From contig JBGCDR010000034.1 of NCBI GenBank assembly GCA_045105515.1, positions 1 to 64,000 on the forward strand: a stretch of DNA of 64,000 bases, given 5' to 3'. Positions 1-11,547 of this stretch are shown piece after piece. Source of the DNA: Oligoflexales bacterium (GTDB taxonomy: Bacteria > Bdellovibrionota_B > Oligoflexia > Oligoflexales > Bog-1112). The notes below the pieces were generated by a model, which was not told where the DNA came from, did not search any database, and worked only from the letters and a program-made list of their open reading frames with translations. A program made the translations under genes and the position numbers. Each line of letters opens with the position of its first letter. The first letter of the stretch is position 1.

Positions 1-137
1 GCCACGCTGTGTGTAAAACTTAAGATTTTTCTCTGATTAGCTCTTAAACACATCTTAGGAAGGGGAGTTTTGATGAAAATATTTTTTTCTATCTCAACTT
101 TGATTTGAATTCTGAACGGCAAGATTATTTTTGCATT

Positions 138-163
138 AAAAAAAAAAAAAAAAAAAAAAAAAA
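138..163 (+). repeat. poly(A)26 homopolymer tract
   Basis: 26 consecutive A read directly; abuts a TAAA -35-like element at 164. Confidence 0.95.
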
Positions 164-190
164 TAAACAAAATAATCTGCATACCGAATA
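164..190 (+). promoter_or_regulatory. sigma28/FliA-like promoter
   Basis: TAAA-N15-ACCGAATA vs consensus TAAA-N15-GCCGATAA; about 40 nt upstream of ATG 230. Confidence 0.5.
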
Positions 191-229
191 GATAAATCTA
201 CAGCGACTAGAATAAAATGAGGAAATTTA

Positions 230-1139
230 ATGATGTTCAATTGTTACTTGAAACATATATTGACCTTTTTTTTTGATGGCAATGTTGACCCATTCTTGCC
301 AAGAATCCTCTGACAATACTGGAGAGTCTCAAACTATTACGCAGAAACAAGCTGCACCAAAGCAAATAGATTCTGCTTCAGCTGAAACAGATCAGTCTGA
401 TCAGGATTTTAAACTTAGTTTAATAGTTCCAGATGAAGTTGAAGGTGAAAGTGAAGAAACAAGTTCTCTTGACGACGATTTAGAAGTATTTGTTATCATC
501 ATGGATGAGCTGGGAGCCTTTGAAGAAGAAGAAGAAAACGATAATCTTTCCTTGACTGGAATTAAATTTGGGACAAAATGGGCTGGTAAAAAGTGGGTTA
601 AATGGAAAAATAAGAAAATTGCCAAGAATTCAAAAAATCCAGAAATACCAGCAAAAAGGTCGGATTCCGATATTGATTCTAACAGGTCTACTAATGAGAT
701 TGAAGATACTAGGTTTTCAAAGATCCCAAACAATCCTCGACGCATAGTTCTAGAAGCACGTGATTTTCAACCAAGATTTTTTAACCGAGGTAAAGGCAAA
801 GACGGTAAAATTGATGTCGTAAGATTAGAACAAGATCCTGATGTCGCTGGAATAATTCTCATGAAAAAAAGTGATGGAACTGCGTATCACCTTTTTCCTG
901 AAATTTACAGCGCATTTAAGCCTGGTAGAGAAGGAGTTGCACTTCTAGCACAACCACCTAAAGGAATAAAACCTAAAACAAGAGATATTATTGGACCAAA
1001 TACCTCGAAAGGGGCCTATGAAAGTAATACTCCTCTAGATTTTGGAAACGGAACTATAGTCAAAATAGACGTTTTAGTTCAATTCAATATAAATGGTGAG
1101 CTTCGTACTTTGGTTAGATACTCCTCACCCACTCGTTGA
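230..1139 (+). CDS. putative lipoprotein, frameshifted at T9 tract 266-274 (ORF track gives only 273-1139)
   Basis: GAGGA SD then ATG 230; removing one T gives MMFNCYLKHILTFFLMAMLTHS-C, a lipoprotein-type signal, in frame with the 288-aa ORF; acidic region, Lys/Trp-rich segment, unknown C-terminal domain. Confidence 0.6.
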
Positions 1140-1247
1140 AATTTTATTAGTTGCATATTTTTTTACTCTATGAGGGAATTTCCTTCAATAGATGGATAAT
1201 ACAAAAAACCATCCCATTTAGTAAGCTTTCTTAAATTAAAAAGTTTG

Positions 1248-2939
1248 CTAAATCTTCTCAATCCTAACCAGCCCATCCTTATTAAGTACAAGCCGATTAA
1301 AGTCCAAGGCTAAACTTTCAAAATTTTTCCAATGATTCTTATAAGAATACCTGAGCACCATATCCAAATAATAGCTTTTAGGCATGGGTAGAACTACCGA
1401 ACCATGTTTCTCGCTCAGGCTGAGGTAAGGGCTAACCGGGTCCCCTAAACGAGCAATATATCTTTTTACATTGATGCGAATGATATCTCGTAAAGAAAGA
1501 GTAGCAAAGCTGACATTTTTCAGCGCACTTGGATGCAGTTCTATAGTTTTTCGATAGCAAACCACCTGCTCACCACCAAAAAGTCGCTTTTTTCTATGCA
1601 TAACTCTAAGCTGGTCGACTTCATTTGGCAGCAGATTTTCACTATCAATAAAACTCATCCATTCTTGAATAATGCCTAAATTATGTACTCGAGCATTTGA
1701 ATCTTTCCATAAAATTTGCTCACTATAATCAGGATTTGTTCCTAGGATTCCTTTATGAAATTTCGTCCTTGCTGTCTCTTTTATTCTATCTTTTAATACA
1801 TAAGCAAAGACAAAAGCAATAATAACCAACAAACCGCTCAATTCGAGAAAATCACTGAGACCCTCCCCAAGATTATTGCTCACCGGCAGCTTAAATCGAA
1901 TCCAAAAATCTGCTAAAAGAGCCCAAATAGCCGCAAACCCTGCTGCTAACATATATGCCAACTGTTTTCTAAGTAAAAAAGACTTTCTAGGTTTCACCTC
2001 AAGATAAAGAGGCTGCCACATGCGCTTTTTTAAGCTATTTAGTTTAGAAAAATACTCCTCTCTCTCTGTCTCACTAGCTTTTTCATCTAACCATAAAAAT
2101 CCAAAGGAAGACGCATATATTCTTTGTAATCTAACCCAGACTAAAAGCCTTTTTCTTAATTGTTTGAAACTGTCTGCTGGCAATGCAGGAGAAAGATCAT
2201 CTACTGCATGAATTAATTTTGCTAATCCTTCCCGAAACCGATAATGGCTATACTCAAGGGCAAAAAGTATCTCCTGAGAAATTTCCTCGAGTCCGGAAAT
2301 CTCTTTCGCATTTTGATAGAGAAGTCTCCATTCTTTTAGTACATGTAACGACTCATTTAAATGCGATTCACAAACTAAAATATTTGCCTCAACCTTGCTC
2401 AAGTGGTCATTCGATTTTTCGTAAATACGAACGGATTTTTCTAGCTTTCTGCATCGACGTTGAATTCTTTTGAGATAATAAGCAGAAAAACTGCAGGCAA
2501 ACACCCGCGCACTCTCAATTCCTGCTGCAGTATGCTTGTGAGGTTCTGTCTTTTTGAGAAGCGAATCCACTTTCTTAAGAGGTGAATCTGAGGGATTCTT
2601 CAAGCCCAAAAGCTCTTTGTAACTTAGACGAGGTTCTTTTAAACGAATATGAGGGTTTAGGTCTTCATAAAACTGTTGCTTGTTATATGTTTGAGGGCTG
2701 ATACCCATTCCGGGGGGGAAAAACAAAAAGACCTCAACTTTAAGTTTATACTTACTGCGAGAAAACCGGGAGTAATTTTTTTTCTTTGATAATGAATCTA
2801 AAATCTTATAATCAAATGCTGTTTCAAGTTGATTTCGATCATGAATATTAACCGAACTTTTAACAAATTTTTTTTTAAATTTACTGGTAAGACGAAAGGA
2901 TTGATCTTCTACTTCTTCGCTACCTTCTAAGCTTTCCAT
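1248..2939 (-). CDS. hypothetical membrane protein (2 TM helices)
   Basis: 563-aa ORF, hydrophobic segments LAYMLAAGFAAIWALLA and LLVIIAFVFAYVLKDRIKE; starts 8 nt after ruvB stop. Confidence 0.75.
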   Translation of the reverse strand: MESLEGSEEVEDQSFRLTSKFKKKFVKSSVNIHDRNQLETAFDYKILDSLSKKKNYSRFSRSKYKLKVEVFLFFPPGMGISPQTYNKQQFYEDLNPHIRLKEPRLSYKELLGLKNPSDSPLKKVDSLLKKTEPHKHTAAGIESARVFACSFSAYYLKRIQRRCRKLEKSVRIYEKSNDHLSKVEANILVCESHLNESLHVLKEWRLLYQNAKEISGLEEISQEILFALEYSHYRFREGLAKLIHAVDDLSPALPADSFKQLRKRLLVWVRLQRIYASSFGFLWLDEKASETEREEYFSKLNSLKKRMWQPLYLEVKPRKSFLLRKQLAYMLAAGFAAIWALLADFWIRFKLPVSNNLGEGLSDFLELSGLLVIIAFVFAYVLKDRIKETARTKFHKGILGTNPDYSEQILWKDSNARVHNLGIIQEWMSFIDSENLLPNEVDQLRVMHRKKRLFGGEQVVCYRKTIELHPSALKNVSFATLSLRDIIRINVKRYIARLGDPVSPYLSLSEKHGSVVLPMPKSYYLDMVLRYSYKNHWKNFESLALDFNRLVLNKDGLVRIEKI

Positions 2940-2947
2940 GATAATAC

Positions 2948-4000
2948 CTAGTGGAATGATTCCAAGTGAGTACGCCCTAGGTCGGTTAGTGACCTGCCTC
3001 GTGGGCCTCTACTTAAAAACCCTTGATAAACCAAGAATGGCTCATACACCTCTTCAAGGGTTGCCCGCTCTTCACCCAGTGTTATGGCTATTGCTTCGAT
3101 CCCAACTGGGCCCCCTCTGTACCGTTCTTTAATAATCTTAAGAATTTCGCGATCAATACGGTCTAGGCCTCCAGAGTCGATATCGAGACGAGACAATGCC
3201 TCCTGCACCGTAAGTAAATCAATCTCTCGAACGTCTTTAACTTCAGCAAAATCCCAGGCCCTTCTGAGAAGCCTATTTGCTATCCTTGGAGTTCCTCGAG
3301 ATCGCTTGGCAATCTCTAAAGCTCCTGTGTCACTGATCTTGATTCCCAAAACTTGAGTACTACGATGTATGATCTCAGTAAGGGATGAGATATTGTAAAA
3401 CATCAGCCTTTCCTGGATACCAAAACGACTCAAAAAAGGCCGTGATAAACTCGAAAGTTTTGTGGTTGCTCCTACTAAGGTGAACGGGGCAATGTCCATC
3501 TTAACAGACCGAGCAGTTGGTCCCTGCCCAACCACGATATCTATTGCAAAATCTTCCATAGCCCCATAAAGCACTTCTTCCACCTGAATCGTAAGCCGAT
3601 GGATCTCATCAATAAAAAGTAGAGAACCGGCTTCCAGTCCAGCTAGGATTCCTGCCAAATCACCTGGTTTGTCTATCGAAGGACCACTTGTGGTAATAAA
3701 GGGAACTGCAAGCTCATTAGCAACTATATGGGCCAGAGTAGTTTTTCCAAGTCCTGGAGGACCATGGAGCAGCACATGATCAAGGGGCTTCCCACGTTTC
3801 ACAGCAGCTTTAACAAAGATTTTAAGATTCTCCTTTGCTGCTTGTTGTCCAGGGTAATCAGTAAAAGTTTTAGGTCGAATACCTTTGATTAAACATCGAG
3901 CTTCATGCTTTAATTCCTCATCTCCTGACCAATCATCCTCAAGAGGCCCCTCAGATAAAATTCTCTCTACCTTAATCGATTCACCGCTGAATTCATTCAT
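2948..4000 (-). CDS. ruvB: Holliday junction branch migration helicase RuvB
   Basis: GPPGLGKTT, LFIDEIHR, FTLVGATT, SRGTPRIANRLL, GGPVG, YEPFL. Confidence 0.98.
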   Translation of the reverse strand: MNEFSGESIKVERILSEGPLEDDWSGDEELKHEARCLIKGIRPKTFTDYPGQQAAKENLKIFVKAAVKRGKPLDHVLLHGPPGLGKTTLAHIVANELAVPFITTSGPSIDKPGDLAGILAGLEAGSLLFIDEIHRLTIQVEEVLYGAMEDFAIDIVVGQGPTARSVKMDIAPFTLVGATTKLSSLSRPFLSRFGIQERLMFYNISSLTEIIHRSTQVLGIKISDTGALEIAKRSRGTPRIANRLLRRAWDFAEVKDVREIDLLTVQEALSRLDIDSGGLDRIDREILKIIKERYRGGPVGIEAIAITLGEERATLEEVYEPFLVYQGFLSRGPRGRSLTDLGRTHLESFH

Positions 4001-4013
4001 GAGTCACCTAGAC

Positions 4014-4742
4014 TTAAAAAATCGTCTTAATATCCATAGATTTTACTTTGGCACCCTGGCGTTTCTTATCGCTTAATCCCCCAGAGATAAGCTTAAGAGC
4101 TGCTTTCACTAAGGTAGAAAAATCTTCGTCCTTATGATCTTTTTCGAGTTTCTTAATCACTGGACTAATATCCTTGTCCTTGAAACCTAGATTTTCTAGT
4201 GCAGAGTGCAGATCAATTCGTAAGTACTCTTCCCAAGGCGATAAGGTGCCAGTCGCTCCAACACGATCAGTATCAAAACCAAGGCTTGGCTCAAGAACTC
4301 CAAAGACACCAGCCTTATTGCTGGAACTGCTTGGAAGCTTATCTTTTTTCGCTTTAAGTTCGAGAAGAATTTTTTCAGCAGTTCTTTTACCAATGCCCGG
4401 CACTTGATAAAACAATCTTGCTTCATCTTGGTCAATAGCTCTATGCAAGTCAGACACATCCAATGTAGATAGAATCGCCATTCCTACCTTTGGGCCTACA
4501 CCGCTAATTTGTATCAGTATTTCAAAGCATTGACGCTCTTCCCAATAATTAAATCCATACAGGTTAAGAGCATCTTCTCGCACCTTGGTATAAACCCAAA
4601 AACCCATAGCTTCTTCACTATTGGGAGGCAAGGAAGCCAGAGTTGGTAATGTGAGCGCAAGCTCATACCCAACTCCATTCACATCTAAGATGATACCACT
4701 CGGCATACGTTTTAATACTCTGCCCGTTAAGAAGGAAATCAT
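4014..4742 (-). CDS. ruvA: Holliday junction DNA-binding protein RuvA
   Basis: MISFLTG start, VNGVGYE, VREDALNLYGF, SGVGPK, VPGIGKRTAEKI, ALENLGF; start moved to ATG 4742. Confidence 0.97.
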   Translation of the reverse strand: MISFLTGRVLKRMPSGIILDVNGVGYELALTLPTLASLPPNSEEAMGFWVYTKVREDALNLYGFNYWEERQCFEILIQISGVGPKVGMAILSTLDVSDLHRAIDQDEARLFYQVPGIGKRTAEKILLELKAKKDKLPSSSSNKAGVFGVLEPSLGFDTDRVGATGTLSPWEEYLRIDLHSALENLGFKDKDISPVIKKLEKDHKDEDFSTLVKAALKLISGGLSDKKRQGAKVKSMDIKTIF

Positions 4743-4854
4743 TAATTTTACCTTTTGTAATTGTCTCTGATAACGCCCTAACAATCTTCCCTGAAGGCAG
4801 GAACTACGAGGGACAATCTAGGCGGACAAACAGGTCTCTAAAGGTAACATAGTG

Positions 4855-5400
4855 CTAACCCTCTTGAAGACGTAATTCTAGCTTTACACAAAAAGCTTGC
4901 AAATTCTCCTTGAGTTCTTCAACTTGCCGATTCTGCTCGAGCTGTTCCAAAAGCTCTAAATCTTTTTTGATAGTTTGCAAATCTTCGGATGTCAAAGACC
5001 TCAATGCTGCCGTCATATCATTGAAATTTCTAACCACAAACCTTAGATCATCATCATCGCGCAAACGCATGGTACCATTGAATTTTCCTAAGCTCACCAT
5101 TCGCAGAGACCTGACCAAGCTGTACATGGGCCCAGCAATTCGATGAGTCATTAAAATTCCCATCACTGCGATCATTGAAATATTGATCACAGCTGCCAAG
5201 GCCATAGCAATCAGAATCGGTAAAGGCAAGAATCTTGGGATACGAAGAATCTGAAATTGGTAAAGGGGATACAAAATCACCACTGTAGTCAAAAAAGTAG
5301 AAACAAGGCCGACTACGACAGCGGACTTGGTGTAGCGCATCTGAAAATCGCGGTTAACCAGAAATATTTTTTTATGACCTTTTTTATTGCGGCTTGTCAT
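4855..5400 (-). CDS. 2-TM HAMP-domain protein
   Basis: two TM helices then THRIAGPMYSL...LRDDDDL...FNDM HAMP pattern; no output domain. Confidence 0.75.
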   Translation of the reverse strand: MTSRNKKGHKKIFLVNRDFQMRYTKSAVVVGLVSTFLTTVVILYPLYQFQILRIPRFLPLPILIAMALAAVINISMIAVMGILMTHRIAGPMYSLVRSLRMVSLGKFNGTMRLRDDDDLRFVVRNFNDMTAALRSLTSEDLQTIKKDLELLEQLEQNRQVEELKENLQAFCVKLELRLQEG

Positions 5401-5446
5401 CTGCCCCTCCCATTTGACCTAGACTGCTAGAGTAACTGGCTCAGAT

Positions 5447-5473
5447 GCTTCGGTACCCAATTAAGTTCAGTTA
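5447..5473 (-). promoter_or_regulatory. sigma28-like promoter
   Basis: TAAC-N15-ACCGAAGC upstream of the HAMP gene. Confidence 0.35.
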
Positions 5474-5616
5474 CTATTTTGGCATGAGATGACAAGTAAA
5501 CAAAGGCGAGACCCAGAGCGCCTGCAAGAGACTTGGGTAGTATTTTGGCCAACAATAAAAGTTTTTATTTAAGAGAAGAAAATCTATAGAGCCACTACCA
5601 ATAAAAACTCAGGTAA

Positions 5617-6765
5617 TTACCGCTTTAGCTCTGCTGCTTTATCTGTTCGCTCCCATGGAAATTCACTGCGACCAAAATGACCATAAGCAGCAGTTTTTCG
5701 ATATATTGGCTGTAAAAGGTGCAAGCTATCGATAATTTGTCGCGGCTTCAAACCAAAATGTTCTTTAACAAGTTCAGCAATCTTTTGATCACCTAATTGA
5801 GAAGTTCCATAGGTTTCAACGAACACACTCACAGGGTCTGCGACCCCTATCGCATAGGCCAACTGCACTAGACATTTTTTAGCTAAGCCAGCGGCAACAA
5901 TATTCTTGGCTATATATCGGCCCATATAGGCCGCAGAGCGGTCTACTTTAGAAGGATCCTTGCCAGAAAAAGCTCCACCTCCATGAGCTCCGTGACCGCC
6001 ATATGTATCAACAATTATCTTACGTCCTGTTAACCCGCAGTCCCCTTGAGGTCCCCCAATCACAAAACGCCCTGTGGGGTTGATGTGATACTTAGTGTCA
6101 CTGAGTAGCTTGGCAGGAATTGTGCGCTTAATGCACTCTTCAATCACATACTCACGGAGTTCACCGTGAGAAACATCAGGAGCATGTTGGGTCGAAATTA
6201 CAACTGCATCAATCCTGTTTAACTCACCGTTTTTATATTCTGCTGTCACCTGCCCCTTACTATCAGGCCTGAGCCAGTTTACCTTTTCTTCTTTACGAAG
6301 AGTGGCTAGATTTTCCAGTAGACGGTGGGAGTAATCAATGGTCGCAGGCATATATTCTGTAGTTTCATTGCATGCGTAACCAAACATCATTCCCTGATCA
6401 CCTGCCCCTTGCTCAGCATGAAGACCTTCGCCCTCATTAACACCTACGGCAATATCTGCGGACTGCTGATCAATAGCTGTGATAATACCGCAGCTCTTTG
6501 CATCAAAGCCTAAAGAACCATCTGTATAGCCAATCTCAGTAATTACATCTCTAGCTACCTGGGAAAAATCTATGAGTGCTTTGGAGCTGATTTCACCAGC
6601 TATTACAACCAAACCAGTTTTGACAAGAGTTTCACATGCCACTCGGGACATTTTGTCTTGGGCCAAGAGCGCATCAAGTATCCCATCGCTGATCTGGTCG
6701 GCTACCTTATCAGGGTGCCCTTCACTTACTGATTCAGAAGTAAATAAATAGTTCTCATTACTCAT
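5617..6765 (-). CDS. metK: S-adenosylmethionine synthetase
   Basis: [35 protein letters not shown]. Confidence 0.99.
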   Translation of the reverse strand: MSNENYLFTSESVSEGHPDKVADQISDGILDALLAQDKMSRVACETLVKTGLVVIAGEISSKALIDFSQVARDVITEIGYTDGSLGFDAKSCGIITAIDQQSADIAVGVNEGEGLHAEQGAGDQGMMFGYACNETTEYMPATIDYSHRLLENLATLRKEEKVNWLRPDSKGQVTAEYKNGELNRIDAVVISTQHAPDVSHGELREYVIEECIKRTIPAKLLSDTKYHINPTGRFVIGGPQGDCGLTGRKIIVDTYGGHGAHGGGAFSGKDPSKVDRSAAYMGRYIAKNIVAAGLAKKCLVQLAYAIGVADPVSVFVETYGTSQLGDQKIAELVKEHFGLKPRQIIDSLHLLQPIYRKTAAYGHFGRSEFPWERTDKAAELKR

Positions 6766-7742
6766 AACAAACTCCTTTTCATCTCGACCTGTAATTCATC
6801 CGGTTTTGGATGACCCAAACCGAGCCCAAAAGCGCGGCCATCCCTATCCAGCAAGAGCAACTTCTCCTGCGAACGATTACCAATCAACTTGCCCAACTCT
6901 GACCCCCGCACTGAGGCGAGGCCATCTTTTATCCTGACCTTCTGCCCAGATCTTAGCATTGCAACAGAACGTAGATCATCAATAGGCAAGGAGCTCAAAC
7001 CTAAATCCAAACTTTCCATTGGAATTAATAGAGGTTCTCGTAACTGTCCATTTTTCTCAAGGAATTTTTCAATTTCCTCTAGGCTAAAAGATTGCCTTAT
7101 AGCAACTCCTGAAGACTCAGTTCGGCACAGTCTCGTTATGGTCCCACATGTACCAAGTTTTCTTGCCAAATCTCTGGCAGCCACCCGCACATAGGTTCCC
7201 TTAGAACACCTTAAGCGAAAGGTAACAACTTGCCCTGAGAATTCAAGAATTTTAAACTCATATATGTCTATATTGCGTGCAAGTGCATCTAAATCAACTT
7301 CATCTGCTCGTCCATTTCTAGCATAAAAATAAAGGGGTTTACCTAGGTACTTCACGGCGGAGTAAATAGGAGGAACCTGGAGCTGCTTACCAAGAAGATC
7401 TTGACTTGCCTCTTCTAAACCATCCCTAGTTACATGCTCATAAGGCATTTCCTTGACTAACTGTCCATCGCTATCAAGAGAATCAGTTTCGCTACCTAAG
7501 CTAACATCACACTCATAGGTTTTAGGGAGGTCCAACAACAGGTCCTGAAGCCTCGTAGCCTTACCCAAAAGAATTGGTAAAACTCCTTCAGCGGCAGGGT
7601 CCAAAGTGCCAACATGCCCCATTTTGACCTTAGAACCTAATCGCTTACTAAGCCATCGAGAAACATCTTTGGAGACCATTCCTACTGGCTTATTTACAAC
7701 TAGAAGACCAGAAAGCTCCTGTGGGTGGAGAGTCTTAACCAC
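6762..7742 (-). CDS. truB: tRNA pseudouridine(55) synthase
   Basis: GHVGTLDP catalytic Asp, [18 protein letters not shown]; follows rbfA. Confidence 0.96.
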   Translation of the reverse strand: MVKTLHPQELSGLLVVNKPVGMVSKDVSRWLSKRLGSKVKMGHVGTLDPAAEGVLPILLGKATRLQDLLLDLPKTYECDVSLGSETDSLDSDGQLVKEMPYEHVTRDGLEEASQDLLGKQLQVPPIYSAVKYLGKPLYFYARNGRADEVDLDALARNIDIYEFKILEFSGQVVTFRLRCSKGTYVRVAARDLARKLGTCGTITRLCRTESSGVAIRQSFSLEEIEKFLEKNGQLREPLLIPMESLDLGLSSLPIDDLRSVAMLRSGQKVRIKDGLASVRGSELGKLIGNRSQEKLLLLDRDGRAFGLGLGHPKPDELQVEMKRSLL

Positions 7743-7773
7743 GCTTCTATCCTTTTTTACTTTTTAGGGAAAT

Positions 7774-8112
7774 TTAGTTTTTGGCTTGATGAAGAAGGGC
7801 TTCAATTCTGGAACCATGCTCAACACTCTCATCATAAAAAAAGCGGAGCTCTGGCACCCGGCGAAGTTTCAAATTCTGGGCAAGGTGCTTCCTCAAAAAA
7901 CCCTTACTCCGCTCAAGTCCAACCTTAGCTTGATCCTTGGGACCGTGATTGTACAGTCGGAAGTAAGCGGTAGCCAGCTGCAAGTCGGCACTCACCTTTA
8001 CGTGAGTTATACTCACACCTTCTAGCCGTGGGTCGCGCATTTGACTGCCGAGAAAACAAGTTGCCAATAAATCTCTAATCTCGTCTGCCAGACGTTCCTG
8101 TCTTAATCCCAT
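7774..8112 (-). CDS. rbfA: ribosome-binding factor A
   Basis: RDPRL, VKVSADL, LRRVPELRFFYDES. Confidence 0.96.
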   Translation of the reverse strand: MGLRQERLADEIRDLLATCFLGSQMRDPRLEGVSITHVKVSADLQLATAYFRLYNHGPKDQAKVGLERSKGFLRKHLAQNLKLRRVPELRFFYDESVEHGSRIEALLHQAKN

Positions 8113-8130
8113 TTCCTATCCATCATTTTA

Positions 8131-11100
8131 TCAAATTTCATTAAAATCCAAGGTCGCGGCAGACTCTTCAATCATGTAAGCCTCTATCACATCGCCGACT
8201 TTTATATCAGTATAGCCATCTATGGATATTCCGCATTCATACCCATTCTGAACTTCTTTTACATCGTCCTTAAACCTTCTTAAAGACCCCACTTTACCGC
8301 TGAAAATTACGATCTCATTGCGGATAAGCCTTAGGAAAGAGCTACGAGTAATCTTGCCATCTGTAACCGAAGAACCAGCAATAGTACCGACTTTCGGAAC
8401 ACTAATTGCGTTACGAACTTCTGCATGTCCCTGTATAACCTCTGTCTCAATAGGAGGCAAGACTCCTGCCATCAAGCTTTTTACAGCATCTACAAGATCA
8501 TAAATGATACTGAAGTACTTGATCACAATCCCACGTTTTTCAGCTATATCAGCACACGCATTAGAAGCTCTGACGTTAAAAGCAAGAACAACTCCCTGAC
8601 TAGTTTCAGCTAGGTTTAGATCGCTCTCATTAACACCACCTACAGCTTTATGAACCACAATATTTTTAACTTTATCGGTATTTAACTTTTCTAATGCCGA
8701 TAAAATAGCTTCGACACTTCCCTGGGTATCAGCTTTAATAACGAAGTTAACAAGCGGGATCTCTTCAGAGTTAACCTTACCAAGTAGCTGATCAAGGGTA
8801 GCAGCAGCTGAGTTACCCTGCCGTTGTTCGTCTTCTTTCGCGCGGCGGAGATCGGCTACTTCCCGACCAAGTTTCTCGTCGGTGACAGCATTTACCTGGT
8901 CTCCGGACATAGGCACTTCAGTGAGGCCAATGACCTCAATCGGAGTTGAAGGATACGCTTCATCTAGGGCTTGTCCCAGATGGTCGGTCATAGCCCTAAC
9001 CCTACCAGTAACTTTACCTGCAACTATGAAGTCGCCAGTTTTAAGAATCCCCCTAGTTACCATTACAGTTGCTACTGGTCCGCGCCCCTTATCAAGGTGA
9101 GCTTCTACAATAGCACCCTCTGCTCGGCAATCGACTGGAGCATCCAACTCTAACATTTCCGATTGTAACTGAATCGCCTCAAGCAGTTCATTAATTCCCT
9201 CTCCCTTCAGAGCGGAAACCTTAACAAATTGTATTTCCCCACCCCACTCTTCGGCCTGAACTCCATGCTCACTAAGCTCAGTGTAAAGACGATCTAGATT
9301 TAGGTTAGGTTTATCAATTTTATTGACTGCAACAATGACTGGAACCCCAGCATTTTTTGCATGAGAAATTGCTTCTATAGTCTGCGGCATTACTCCATCA
9401 TCAGCGGCAACTACCAACACCACAATATCGGTAATCTGTGCTCCTCTAGCTCTCATTGCAGAAAAAGCTGCATGGCCTGGTGTATCAAGAAAAGTAAATT
9501 TAAAGTTTTCCCGATTCACAGTATAGGCACCTATATGCTGAGTGATGCCGCCAGACTCACCTCCAGCTACATTAGATTTACGAATGACATCCAAGATTGA
9601 AGTTTTACCATGGTCAACATGGCCCATAACGGTGATTATAGGAGCCCTCGCAATTACTTTACTCCCATCATTTTCGGCACTTAGGACATCCTCAACAGTC
9701 TTTTCAACATTCCTGCATTCATATCCATACTCTGTTGCAATTAAGGTTGCGGTATCAAAATCAATATTTTGATTTACCGTAGCCATTACACCTTGCCCCA
9801 TGAGTTTCTTAATCAACTCGGAAGCTTTAACACTTAATTGTTTAGCTAAATCGCCAACAGTAAGTTGAGATCCATCAACCTTAACGACTCTATAAGCCGC
9901 ACGGGGGGTTGTGATCTGAGTGGTTTTGAGATCCTTCCGCCTCTTTGCGTCTTTTTTTCTCTGCTGAGTGGAAGGAGTATAAACAGTGCGACGTTTTCGA
10001 TTTACATTTGCATAAGGCTCTGCGACTTCCAAGCCAGATGAATCATCAAGCAAATCACGCATGGATATCCTGCGCTTGCTGCTACTAGGAACCGCCTTAA
10101 CGGCAACCTTTTCATCCTCGTCCTTGCGAGCTTGATGACGGTCTTTACCTTTTTCTTTAGACCACTTAGAGCCACCGCTAAAGCCTTCTTCACTCGATTC
10201 AGTGAAGCCGGGACGAGCTTCCGCCGCTGGGGCTTTTGGTTCTTTTTTCTCTATTCCTCGGCCTTCATTCTGGCCCATACGAGGACTAACTCCGATGCCG
10301 GTTACTCGCACACCGCGGCTATCTTCACGTCTCGAAGTTCTTTGTCTGGCTTCCTCAGTAGCCTTTGTAGCTTCAGTCTCCTCGACTGTTGCTTTTCGAA
10401 CAATAGTTGCTCCAGAAAAGCTTTTCTTCTTAGCAGCACTGCGGGCCTTAACCTCTTTGTCCTTATTGTCTCTTTCCTTTTCCTTTAAGCGGTCGCGCTC
10501 TTTAGGCTTCGCTGCTGCGCTTGCGCTTAGATCCACTTTTTTAGCCATCTGCGTAGCGTGGCCAATGGGTGGGATCTTTCTATCTTTGTTTATGCCTAAG
10601 GCTGTTCCACCTTTCACGTCTTTATTTGCTTCCTTTAAGTCATTCCCTGTAGTGCTTAATTCCGGCTCTGTGCCAGCTGCAGAAGGGAGGTTTGGGGCAG
10701 GTTCAGCCTTGGCTTCTTCGGCTAAGGCGCCTTGTTTTTCCTCTTTAGGTTCAGGTGTAACTTCGTGGCTTGCTTGCTTGCTTGCCAGGACATCTTCTTT
10801 TGTCTTTTCTGCTACACCCGCTTTTACCTTATCTGAAGCCTTAGCCTCTTCCTTTGCCGCGCTGGAAGCAGCTTTTTCAGTTGGTTTAGAAGCATTAGCA
10901 GCAACTTCGCCCCCCTCTACTAGATCACTTTTTTCCAAAGAAGGAGCTTCAGCAGCATTCTCGCTGCTCAATTTCTTTTTAGCCTTGGGGGTTTCAAGCT
11001 TTTTCGCCACAACTGGCGGTTTGGTTTTGGCGTCATCAGCTTCACCTTGTGCAAGAGCTTCACTGACGTTTTTAGACTCTGAAGGTTTCGCCGACGTTTT

Positions 11101-11463
11101 AGCTGGCTCACTTTTAAAAGCAGACTCCAGCTGAGATGTAGGGTCTGAATCTGAGGTTTTATGAGCTTTATTTTCTGCAGCTTCCCCCGAAAGCTCAGGG
11201 CTTTTAGCAGTGTCAGCTACTGTACCATCAGCCGCTGACTCGTCGCCAGCTGCCTTAGCATCGGTAGGTGCCTTACGACGCCTTCTCACAACGACCTTGG
11301 GTTTGCTAGTTTCCATGCTGGCTCTAATTTTTTCGATCTGCGCCGCCGTTAAGGTACTTTGATGACTTGGAACCTGAACTCCCAAATCCTTCATTTTGGC
11401 TAAAAGCGCTTTACTTTCCATTTTCAGTTCGCGAGCAAGCTCATAAACGCGAATCTTTGCCAT
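8131..11463 (-). CDS. infB: translation initiation factor IF-2
   Basis: [11 protein letters not shown]-terminus, [17 protein letters not shown]; long low-complexity N-region. Confidence 0.99.
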   Translation of the reverse strand: MAKIRVYELARELKMESKALLAKMKDLGVQVPSHQSTLTAAQIEKIRASMETSKPKVVVRRRRKAPTDAKAAGDESAADGTVADTAKSPELSGEAAENKAHKTSDSDPTSQLESAFKSEPAKTSAKPSESKNVSEALAQGEADDAKTKPPVVAKKLETPKAKKKLSSENAAEAPSLEKSDLVEGGEVAANASKPTEKAASSAAKEEAKASDKVKAGVAEKTKEDVLASKQASHEVTPEPKEEKQGALAEEAKAEPAPNLPSAAGTEPELSTTGNDLKEANKDVKGGTALGINKDRKIPPIGHATQMAKKVDLSASAAAKPKERDRLKEKERDNKDKEVKARSAAKKKSFSGATIVRKATVEETEATKATEEARQRTSRREDSRGVRVTGIGVSPRMGQNEGRGIEKKEPKAPAAEARPGFTESSEEGFSGGSKWSKEKGKDRHQARKDEDEKVAVKAVPSSSKRRISMRDLLDDSSGLEVAEPYANVNRKRRTVYTPSTQQRKKDAKRRKDLKTTQITTPRAAYRVVKVDGSQLTVGDLAKQLSVKASELIKKLMGQGVMATVNQNIDFDTATLIATEYGYECRNVEKTVEDVLSAENDGSKVIARAPIITVMGHVDHGKTSILDVIRKSNVAGGESGGITQHIGAYTVNRENFKFTFLDTPGHAAFSAMRARGAQITDIVVLVVAADDGVMPQTIEAISHAKNAGVPVIVAVNKIDKPNLNLDRLYTELSEHGVQAEEWGGEIQFVKVSALKGEGINELLEAIQLQSEMLELDAPVDCRAEGAIVEAHLDKGRGPVATVMVTRGILKTGDFIVAGKVTGRVRAMTDHLGQALDEAYPSTPIEVIGLTEVPMSGDQVNAVTDEKLGREVADLRRAKEDEQRQGNSAAATLDQLLGKVNSEEIPLVNFVIKADTQGSVEAILSALEKLNTDKVKNIVVHKAVGGVNESDLNLAETSQGVVLAFNVRASNACADIAEKRGIVIKYFSIIYDLVDAVKSLMAGVLPPIETEVIQGHAEVRNAISVPKVGTIAGSSVTDGKITRSSFLRLIRNEIVIFSGKVGSLRRFKDDVKEVQNGYECGISIDGYTDIKVGDVIEAYMIEESAATLDFNEI

Positions 11464-11547
11464 TCAAAACCCTCTTTATACGTTGGAAAGGCGTAAGCCC
11501 CGTACCCCTAGAATTGGAGGTAGGTTATCCAAAAACTACATTTTCAT

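Noticed and set aside
73..108. Micro-ORF MKIFFSISTLI* behind a purine-rich SD-like run
   Set aside because: Only 11 codons with no supporting evidence; could be chance or a decayed gene start
10202..11134. 310-aa plus-strand ORF (and 10132-10488)
   Set aside because: Antisense shadow of the low-complexity N-terminal region of infB
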